A stretch of DNA of 64,000 bases from an uncultured Prolixibacteraceae bacterium (lineage in GTDB: Bacteria > Bacteroidota > Bacteroidia > Bacteroidales > FEN-979). Below the pieces are notes generated by a model that was not told the origin of the DNA, ran no database searches, and worked only from the letters and a program-made list of their open reading frames with translations. The position numbers and the translations under genes are program-made. The DNA lies in NCBI GenBank assembly GCA_964525995.1, contig CAZGIM010000006.1, forward strand, positions 88,615-152,614. Direction: 5' to 3'. Of this stretch, positions 57,605 through 64,000 are shown one piece after another; the stretch's first letter is position 1, and the number at the start of each line of letters is the position of its first letter.

Positions 57605-59125
57605 TCAGAAATAATTTTCGTTCATTCGTTTTATTCTCAGATTACGGCGGTATTGCCATCTGAAAAATCCGAAGCCAAGAACCAGCAGCATGGGAAGCAG
57701 GAAGTTCAGATACTTCAAAAATGTCTTTTTACCGTCATCCATCTGGTCGATCGGGCGGGAGGTGACCTCTTTGGTACGCAGGTCGATCAATCCTGTATCG
57801 TCCGACAACCAGTCAACGGAATTTACAAAAAGGTTCAGGTTGTCGGGCTGGATCTGGCGTGCCTGCTGACCTTCGCCGTTGATGGCAAAGTCGCCGTCGG
57901 AGACTACAATAATCTTTGAATTCAGATTCCCAGAAATTTTCCCTGTAAGGAGTCCGGCCACGGTAAGGTTGGCAAGAGGGAAATCGCCGGCTTGCCAGTT
58001 TCTGGAAATATTGAAAAAGACCGGTACATTCTCTGCCCCTGATTTTTCGGATGTAAAGGCTAAGGGGGTATAATTCACGTCGTTCAGCCGTTTCGAATAA
58101 TCAATCGAACTGGCAAACTGTAATACCACCGACGACAGTCCTTTTACAGCAGGATGGTCGGCGAATTTGGCGATGACCGGCAGGTACGGGAATTGCATGC
58201 TCGACTGGAAACTCATCATTCCCTGTTGCTGATTGACCATCACAGCGCCGCAATTCTGATCGATGATAAAGTTCGGATTGACCCTGATCCCTTTTGCTTC
58301 AAGCCATTGCTCCAGTCCGGTAGAAACGGCATTCCCGCTGAGATTCTGGAGATTTCCATCCACCCGGTTCATGGCGATAAAGATATTCCGGCCAAAGGCT
58401 AAAAAGGCATCCAGCTTGGCAAGCTGGTCGGCTGGGATAGTATCTTTCGGATTGACGATCACAAGGGTTTTATATTTATCAAGATTTGCGGTGAGATCAT
58501 TCAGATTCACCGGTTCCACCTCATACAGTACCGATAACGATTGTAAAACCTGGATCATGGAACCTAAAGCCGTCTCGCCATTGCCCTCGATGAATCCGAT
58601 TTTGGGTTTGTTTTCGACGGTCATCTTTTTGATACTTGTCGATAGCGCATATTCCATCGCTGCCCCCGGCTGGATAAAGGGAATGATCTCTTTCTTGTCG
58701 CCATATTGTACCACAGCGCCCATATAGGCTTTTTGTTGTTTCACCTGATCTTTCTCCCTGACATTGATCAGTACGGGGCTGATGCCCTCCTGCATGGCCT
58801 TCTGCTCGGTGGCTTCGTCTTTGTTCGGATTTATAAATTCGAACATGACCTTTCCGTCCGACCGGTTGGAGTATTCGACCAGCTCATCTTTAAAATCCCG
58901 TCTCAGCCGGGCAAAATCGGGGGGGAGTTCTTCACTGATGTAGGCCGTTACTGTTACCGTCTGCTTCAGTGATTTGAGAATGGTACGGGTGGCTTCTCCC
59001 AGTGTGTATCGCTTGTCGGCTGTAAAATCAAGCCGGAGGAAAAATCGGTCGGCAAGAAGGTTGACCAGTACGATCACACCGATAATTAACAAAAGATAGG
59101 TGGTTGTTGATTTCCGGTTCTTCAT
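57605..59125 (-). CDS. gldG: GldG-family ABC-transporter auxiliary protein
   Basis: It has N- and C-terminal TM anchors and the typical start LRLDFTADKRYTL. It is 506 aa and lies downstream of ABC-2 permease and ATPase genes. Confidence 0.75.
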   Translation of the reverse strand: MKNRKSTTTYLLLIIGVIVLVNLLADRFFLRLDFTADKRYTLGEATRTILKSLKQTVTVTAYISEELPPDFARLRRDFKDELVEYSNRSDGKVMFEFINPNKDEATEQKAMQEGISPVLINVREKDQVKQQKAYMGAVVQYGDKKEIIPFIQPGAAMEYALSTSIKKMTVENKPKIGFIEGNGETALGSMIQVLQSLSVLYEVEPVNLNDLTANLDKYKTLVIVNPKDTIPADQLAKLDAFLAFGRNIFIAMNRVDGNLQNLSGNAVSTGLEQWLEAKGIRVNPNFIIDQNCGAVMVNQQQGMMSFQSSMQFPYLPVIAKFADHPAVKGLSSVVLQFASSIDYSKRLNDVNYTPLAFTSEKSGAENVPVFFNISRNWQAGDFPLANLTVAGLLTGKISGNLNSKIIVVSDGDFAINGEGQQARQIQPDNLNLFVNSVDWLSDDTGLIDLRTKEVTSRPIDQMDDGKKTFLKYLNFLLPMLLVLGFGFFRWQYRRNLRIKRMNENYF

Positions 59126-59281
59126 GTGTATGATGGATTGATTGCAGGAAACGGTTGAGTATTTACGATTGATCAGGATTAACGATTAACGATTGCCAGA
59201 ATTTTCACTTGACAGTGCCTGTTTTGGAGATTGATCAGTGACAAATTTTGCATTTTGACTTTTAATTCTGGCTTGTTCAGG
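59126..59281. repeat. Word-rich spacer between gldF-like and gldG-like genes
   Basis: It contains ACGATTGATCAGGATTAACGATTAACGATTGCC, with (C/A)GATT words spaced ~8 nt apart, plus TTGATCAGTGACAAATTTTGCATTTTGAC. The result is a 156-bp gap inside an apparent operon. Confidence 0.6.
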
Positions 59282-60007
59282 TTAGGATGACAGGTTGCGT
59301 TTCGCCAGCGCCAGCTCGGTTCCGGTCAATCCAAGGAAAATGATCGAGAGAAAATAGATCACATCTTTCGAGTCGATAACCCCGCGGGCCATGCTTTCGA
59401 AATGTGTGCTGATGCTTAGGTAATTTAATAAGGCTCCCATCCAACCTAATGAATTGCTGCCCATGAGTCCGAACAGCAGATGAAAGAATATTCCGATAAA
59501 CAGCGCGATCAGAAAGGCGACAATCTGGTTGGATGTGATGCTGCTGGCAAACATTCCGATGCTGATGTAACAGGCGCTCATGAATAACAGTCCGAGATAT
59601 CCTAGCAATACAGCCCCGTGATCCATTTTTCCGATACTGGCAACCGAGATGTAATAGGGCAGGGTGAGGGCAAGGGCGATGCAGATCAAAATCAGGGCCG
59701 AAAGAAATTTACCTGCGATAATCTGCCAATCGGTCACCGGCCGGGTTACCAGAAGCTCAAGAGTGCCGCTTTTGCGCTCTTCCGAGAGCAATCCCATGGT
59801 CACGGCCGGAATGAAGAAAAATAGCGACCAGAACGCGATTCCGAAGAACGACTGGAGTGTTGCCTGGTTCACCAGGAAGATGTCGCTGCCGAAAAGCCAG
59901 GTGAAAAAACCGCTGAATCCTAAGAAAAGCAGGATCATCACATAGGCCATCAGTGAATCGAAGAACGACCACAGTTCACGTTTAGCAATTATCCAGATTT
60001 GTTTCAT
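59282..60007 (-). CDS. gldF: ABC-2 type permease (GldF-like)
   Basis: The 241-aa protein has six hydrophobic segments and the motif LLSEERKSGTLELL. Confidence 0.75.
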   Translation of the reverse strand: MKQIWIIAKRELWSFFDSLMAYVMILLFLGFSGFFTWLFGSDIFLVNQATLQSFFGIAFWSLFFFIPAVTMGLLSEERKSGTLELLVTRPVTDWQIIAGKFLSALILICIALALTLPYYISVASIGKMDHGAVLLGYLGLLFMSACYISIGMFASSITSNQIVAFLIALFIGIFFHLLFGLMGSNSLGWMGALLNYLSISTHFESMARGVIDSKDVIYFLSIIFLGLTGTELALAKRNLSS

Positions 60008-60306
60008 ATACCTTGAATGATTGATTGACTGATTGACTGATTGACTGAGTGAATGAGTGAATGAGTGAATGAAAATGTGCTAATTTGCTAATTTGAGAAT
60101 TTGAAAATGTGAAAATTTTGAATATTGAATTTTTGTTTTTCCCTAATGGCTAATGGCCAATGCCTAATTCCTGATTTGAATTTTTGTTGTTCCCTAATTC
60201 CTAACTCCCAATGCCTAATTCCTGATTTGAATTTTGAATTTTTGTTTTTCCCTAATGGCTAATGGCCAATGCCTAATTCCTGATTTAAATTTTTTCTTCC
60301 CTAATT
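60008..60306. repeat. Word-array element, block F (inverted orientation relative to blocks B and C, expanded)
   Basis: Positions 60014-60133 hold 15 consecutive octamers in perfect register: TGAATGAT, TGATTGAC x3, TGAGTGAA x3, TGAAAATG, TGCTAATT x2, TGAGAATT, TGAAAATG, TGAAAATT, TTGAATAT, TGAATTTT. Three 51-58-bp tandem units follow. The reverse complement of the block B 22-mer occurs at 60147-60168 and 60256-60277. Confidence 0.9.
60127..60286. repeat. Three tandem ~51-58-bp units within block F
   Basis: The units span 60127-60177, 60178-60228 and 60229-60286. The consensus is GAATTTTTGTTTTTCCCTAATGGCTAATGGCCAATGCCTAATTCCTGATTT. The middle unit is diverged, and a partial fourth copy reaches the gldA-like stop. 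Confidence 0.85.
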
Positions 60307-61233
60307 ATTGATCGTCAGATCTCTGAAAACTTCTTCCAGCTTGCGTTCAAGCGGGGTCATTTCGGTGAGCGACCAATTGTGTTCGACACAGGTCTTGAAA
60401 ATGGCTTTCCTTGAGCTCATCCCGGGTTTGCTTTGCACCTCAAATGACTGGGTATGCTCGGGAAGCAGATCGACCAGTTCGATAGTCTCGAGTGATTGCA
60501 GGGTGGTATAAACCTGGTTCCGGTCACCATCTTCGATTGTTACTTTGATGATCTCCTTGTCCTGAGCCTGTTTCCTGAGATTGTTCGCCGTGCCGTCGGC
60601 AACCAGTTTCCCGTTGCTGATGATCACGATCCGGTCGCAGGTCGCTTCAACCTCGGCCAGGATATGCGAGCAGAGGATCACCGTTTTTTCGCGACCAATC
60701 CGCTTGATCAGCTCACGGATCTCGACAATCTGGTTGGGGTCGAGACCGGAAGTGGGCTCATCAAGTATCAGCACTTCAGGGTCGTGGATCATCGCTTGTG
60801 CCAATCCAACCCGCTGCTGATATCCTTTGGAGAGTTCGTTGATCTTTTTATATTTCTCGGTTTTCAGACCGCAAATATGGACCATTTCGCGGATTCGTTC
60901 CCCGATCTGGTTTGCCGGCACACCCTGCAATTCTGCAACGTAATGGAGGTAATCGATCACCGGCATCTCCTTATACAAGGGATTTGATTCGGGAAGATAA
61001 CCGATGTGTTTTTTTACCTCGTCGGGATGTTCCGTTACAGAGAAGCCACCAACCTTCACAGTCCCATCGTTGGGCTTCATGAAACAGGTGATGATCTTCA
61101 TGGTGGTCGTTTTCCCGGCGCCGTTCGGTCCTAAAAATCCTACAATCTCACCGGTGTTGACCTTGAAGGATACGTTGTCGACTGCCTTTTGAAAGCCGTA
61201 GAGTTTGGTTATGTTTTCGACACTGACTTCCAT
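60301..61233 (-). CDS. gldA: ABC transporter ATP-binding protein (GldA-like)
   Basis: It has Walker A GPNGAGKTT, the signature LSKGYQQR and Walker B LILDEPTSGLD. The last two codons and the stop lie within the repeat block. Confidence 0.8.
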   Translation of the reverse strand: MEVSVENITKLYGFQKAVDNVSFKVNTGEIVGFLGPNGAGKTTTMKIITCFMKPNDGTVKVGGFSVTEHPDEVKKHIGYLPESNPLYKEMPVIDYLHYVAELQGVPANQIGERIREMVHICGLKTEKYKKINELSKGYQQRVGLAQAMIHDPEVLILDEPTSGLDPNQIVEIRELIKRIGREKTVILCSHILAEVEATCDRIVIISNGKLVADGTANNLRKQAQDKEIIKVTIEDGDRNQVYTTLQSLETIELVDLLPEHTQSFEVQSKPGMSSRKAIFKTCVEHNWSLTEMTPLERKLEEVFRDLTINN

Positions 61234-61247
61234 ACTAGAATTTTTTG

Positions 61248-61255
61248 CAAAAATA
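61248..61255 (-). promoter_or_regulatory. Candidate -7 box for the gldA-like operon
   Basis: The reverse complement is TATTTTTG, 14 nt before ATG 61233. Confidence 0.5.
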
Positions 61256-61668
61256 TTTTGAAGATTTCTTTTATGAAAATGTTTAACAATATTTTAACAA
61301 AACAAGGGGTAGCAGGTTATCTACAAGCAAGAAAGCAATTGCCGGTTTCATTTCCCTCGCGATAGGTGGAAATTAAAAATTGATAACCAATCCATGAACA
61401 GTAAAATGCCGCCGGATCGCCAACGGTGATGTTCTGTTCAATGACATTACCTTCATTATGACACTGAAAAAGGAAGCAAAGTAGCAGAATAAAAGGATCC
61501 GTGGTTATATACCTTCATGGTTTGACAGGTATATCAGGGTATAAACCTAAAAGATAAGATAAATCATGTGATGATGGCAAACGCGAAATGACAAAGACAA
61601 AGCTGAAGCGTGTGATTCAGCTTTGAAATATATTCGTATAATTCCTTGACGAATGCGTTTTTTTTTCG

Positions 61669-61676
61669 TATGTTTG
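61669..61676 (+). promoter_or_regulatory. Candidate -7 box inside the long non-coding region
   Basis: TATGTTTG is preceded by TTGAC at 61646-61650. It lies 239-299 nt upstream of the FISUMP gene start candidates. Confidence 0.3.
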
Positions 61677-61975
61677 GTATTAAGAAGGTCAGAATTGCTC
61701 TGAGATTCTCATTTATAGGCCAGGGCGATTTGTTACAGAGTCGGAACAGGTTAATAAATAATGAAATGCTGTTCCTGTGAGGGCAATTGTATCAAACATG
61801 AAAATGCTTTACATTTCCGTAAGGATTTAGCAGATTAGGTTGTCATCGTTCTTTACATAGTGAATTATTTCTTTTCCGATACTTCTCATACAAAAAATCC
61901 GTCCGATTTCTGAATATGAAAAATATTAGACGGATACTGAATCAAACAAACCAATTTGTTTTAAAATCAGGCATT

Positions 61976-63124
61976 ATGAGACAATTTATTACTCTTGTGA
62001 TTGTGGTTGTTTTGACCGCCATCCAGATTCAAGCCCAGGTGGCTATCAACACCGACGGAAATCAGCCGGAACCCTCAGCCGGCCTTGATGTGAAATTCAC
62101 AAACAAAGGACTCCTTCCTCCACGTATGACACAGGCGCAGATGAACGCCATTCAGAACCCGGCCAGCGGGCTTTTGTTATTTTGCATCGACTGCGGCTCA
62201 AATAGCTCCGGATCGTTAGCGCTTTACGTGGCCGGAGCCTGGTGGACGCTTTCGGCAAATTGTATCAACCCTGCGGCGCCAACGGCCGGCGCACACGTTC
62301 CATCGGGAACCCAGATTATTTGGAACTGGAACACGGTGGTCGGCGCCACCGGATACAAATGGAACACAACCAATGATTATGGAACGGCCGTTGACATGGG
62401 TACCAGCACCACCAAGACCGAACCGGGGCTAAACCCGAACACACAGTATACCCGATATGTGTGGGCTTACAACAATTGCGGAATATCTGTTTCCACTGCC
62501 CTGAACAGCCAGACCGTCTTCACATGTGGAGGGAGTTTTACTGTCACCCATGTGGCCGGCGACGTAGCGCCTGTCAATAAAACCACAGCCTATGGCACCG
62601 TAACCGGAGTGCCCGGCGAACCTGCCTTATGCTGGATCACCAGCAACCTGGGTTCAGATCATCAGGCAGCCGCGGTAAATGATGCCACCGAAGCCTCGGC
62701 TGGCTGGTATTGGCAATTCAACCGAAAGCAAGGCTTCAAGCATGACGGAACCACACGTACCCCCAACACTACATGGATTTTCAGCATCGATGAGAATATA
62801 AACTGGGTAATTGCCAATGACCCGTGCAGTATTGAGCTGGGCGGTTCATGGCGGATACCCACCTATACTGAATGGAGTAATGTTGATAATTCGGGCGGGT
62901 GGACAAACTGGAACAGCCCATGGAACTCAACGCTTAAGTTACATGCTGCCGGGTACCTGGACGCTTCGAATGGTTCGCTGAACGGTATGAGCTATACAGG
63001 CTATTACGGGAGCAGTACTCAGCACAACTCTCAGGAAGGCACATTCCTTTTCTTCTACAGTGAAAGTTGCAACATGAACCACACTTGGAAGGCATACGGC
63101 TTCAATCTACGCTGCGTTAAATAA
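61976..63124 (+). CDS. Secreted protein with an N-terminal shared module, an Fn3-like domain and a C-terminal FISUMP (Fibrobacter succinogenes major paralogous) domain
   Basis: The C-terminal pattern is CWITSNLG...SWRIPTYTEW...LHAAGY...YGFNLRCVK. The start is set at ATG 61976 to match the signal-peptide length of the paralog at 63869; ATG 61916 is an alternative. Confidence 0.75.
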   Translation: MRQFITLVIVVVLTAIQIQAQVAINTDGNQPEPSAGLDVKFTNKGLLPPRMTQAQMNAIQNPASGLLLFCIDCGSNSSGSLALYVAGAWWTLSANCINPAAPTAGAHVPSGTQIIWNWNTVVGATGYKWNTTNDYGTAVDMGTSTTKTEPGLNPNTQYTRYVWAYNNCGISVSTALNSQTVFTCGGSFTVTHVAGDVAPVNKTTAYGTVTGVPGEPALCWITSNLGSDHQAAAVNDATEASAGWYWQFNRKQGFKHDGTTRTPNTTWIFSIDENINWVIANDPCSIELGGSWRIPTYTEWSNVDNSGGWTNWNSPWNSTLKLHAAGYLDASNGSLNGMSYTGYYGSSTQHNSQEGTFLFFYSESCNMNHTWKAYGFNLRCVK

Positions 63125-63260
63125 ATGAGGGAATGACAATGAACAATTGACAATGGACGATGGACAATGGACAATGGAAAAAGAAGCCTCGCCCTAATCG
63201 CTAAAACCTAATTCCTATTGCCAAATGCCTATTGCCCGATTTTTGACTTTTTTTGTTGCC
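63125..63260. repeat. Word-array element, block G (orientation as block F)
   Basis: It starts one base after the FISUMP gene stop and reads ATGAGGGAATGACAATGAACAATTGACAATGGACGATGGACAATGGACAATGGAAAAAG ... CCCTAATCGCTAAAACCTAATTCCTATTGCCAAATGCCTATTGCCCGATTTTTGAC. The 16-mer GAACAATTGACAATGG (63141-63156) is the reverse complement of 46555-46570. Confidence 0.85.
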
Positions 63261-63306
63261 TTTGCCTTATCAACCGGATTAACCAGTGAAAATTAATCCG
63301 AGGATT

Positions 63307-63654
63307 ATGAAAACGGTGAAACAAATTCTGCTGATTCTGCTGTTCATACTCCCGTCGTTGGTACAGGCCATGGAAAAAGAGATTCCGTTCACCCTCGACG
63401 ACTGCGATCGGATTATCCGGACAGAACAAAAAGTAGAATCACTCCGTACTGAGCTTAACACAAAGATCGACACAAAAGTCGATGGGCTTAGCTCTGAAAT
63501 GAACGCCCGCTTTGAAGCCATCGACGAACGATTCAACCAACTTTTCGGCTTCCTGTGGGCCATCATAGGCATTTTCACCACCATGATGGTCAGCGTGTTT
63601 GGATTTGCATTCTGGGACCGTAAGCTTTCGCTGGCCCCTGTGAAAAAAGTCTGA
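63307..63654 (+). CDS. Hypothetical protein with a signal/anchor, a coiled-coil and a C-terminal TM helix
   Basis: The ORF has an N-terminal hydrophobic segment, a heptad-like middle (KVESLRTELNTKIDTKVDGLSSEMNARFEAIDERFNQL) and a C-terminal TM helix. I recognised no family. Confidence 0.5.
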   Translation: MKTVKQILLILLFILPSLVQAMEKEIPFTLDDCDRIIRTEQKVESLRTELNTKIDTKVDGLSSEMNARFEAIDERFNQLFGFLWAIIGIFTTMMVSVFGFAFWDRKLSLAPVKKV

Positions 63655-63656
63655 AC

Positions 63657-63700
63657 AGGATTTTCAGGATTTCGGGATGGGCAGGATTATAATTTCATGC
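63657..63700. repeat. Short AGGATT word array after the 63307 gene
   Basis: It reads CAGGATTTTCAGGATTTCGGGATGGGCAGGATTATAATTT. The same AGGATT(T/A) word recurs five times in 48590-48780. Confidence 0.45.
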
Positions 63701-63753
63701 CAGTAATTTCTCAACATTTTTTTTCCAAAAAATAAGTTTGTTGGTCTTTATTG

Positions 63754-63780
63754 TAAATTTGATCAACTAATTGTTGATCA
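63754..63780 (+). promoter_or_regulatory. Candidate -7 box overlapped by an 8-bp inverted repeat
   Basis: TAAATTTG (63754-63761) overlaps by 2 nt the inverted repeat TGATCAAC TAATT GTTGATCA (63760-63780). The site lies upstream of the second FISUMP-family paralog (ATG 63869). Confidence 0.3.
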
Positions 63781-63868
63781 GTCTCTTGATGTTATGTTAC
63801 CCGCATAACAATAGTGTGGATATCCAATTCATTATCAATCCGAACAATCAGTTTCAAAACTGTGATTC

Positions 63869-64000
63869 ATGAAGAACATTGCACTTTTTATGTTGGCGCT
63901 GGTATTTCTGGCCTCTGTATCTAAAGCCCAGGTAGGCATCAATAACGACAACAGCCAGCCCGACCCGTCGGCCGGGCTCGATGTAAAATTCAGCAATAAA
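63869..64000 (+). CDS. 5' part of a paralog of the 61976 gene (runs off the window)
   Basis: It encodes MKNIALFMLALVFLASVSKAQVGINNDNSQPDPSAGLDVKFSNK, which is near-identical in pattern to residues AQVAINTDGNQPEPSAGLDVKFTNK of the 61976 protein. Confidence 0.6.
   Translation, partial: MKNIALFMLALVFLASVSKAQVGINNDNSQPDPSAGLDVKFSNK

Noticed and set aside
60127-60306. A possible CRISPR array, suggested by regularly spaced ~51-bp repeats.
   Set aside because: The units are directly tandem with no unique spacers. They are AT-rich, no cas genes lie in the window, and the units belong to the dispersed word-array family.

Overview
The window is a 64-kb chromosomal segment whose features point to a Bacteroidota bacterium. 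Evidence for that assignment: recurrent TAnnTTTG promoter boxes, a 286-aa primary sigma factor, a T9SS C-terminal sorting domain, gldA/gldF/gldG-type ABC genes, and DUF1573 and FISUMP proteins. I support 51 protein-coding genes plus one gene remnant. I found no rRNA, tRNA, CRISPR array, transposase or integrase.

Most genes are housekeeping: htrA-rpoD, gap, sdaA, ppsR, pyrG, yidC, mqnA, coaE, yajC, aroK, rlmD, ychF, rpsA, rnz and dcp. Three accessory stretches sit among them:
- 5.2-10.3 kb holds an AmmeMemoRadiSam cluster whose proteins all carry export signals. The Memo-AMMECR1 fusion looks like a lipoprotein and the radical SAM enzyme has a Tat-type signal. A polytopic protein with a degenerate spermidine-synthase fold splits the cluster.
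- 16.7-31.1 kb holds secreted peptidases, a lone fatty-acyl-AMP ligase, a second Memo paralog, and a rifampicin-phosphotransferase-like PEP-utilising enzyme next to an unknown 336-aa protein.
- 53.0-54.1 kb holds a HEPN-MNT pair.

The most unusual signal is non-coding. Nearly every longer intergenic region is built from tandem 7-, 8- or 12-nt 'words' kept in strict register. Several of these blocks are copies of one modular dispersed element, shown by a shared 22-mer and a shared 16-mer. The blocks abut or overlap stop codons, form inverted arms between convergent genes, and separate cistrons of the gld-type ABC operon. I cannot match this family to any repeat class I know. Its status needs genome-wide and transcriptomic checks.

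All functional calls rest on motif recognition by eye. No database searches were run.
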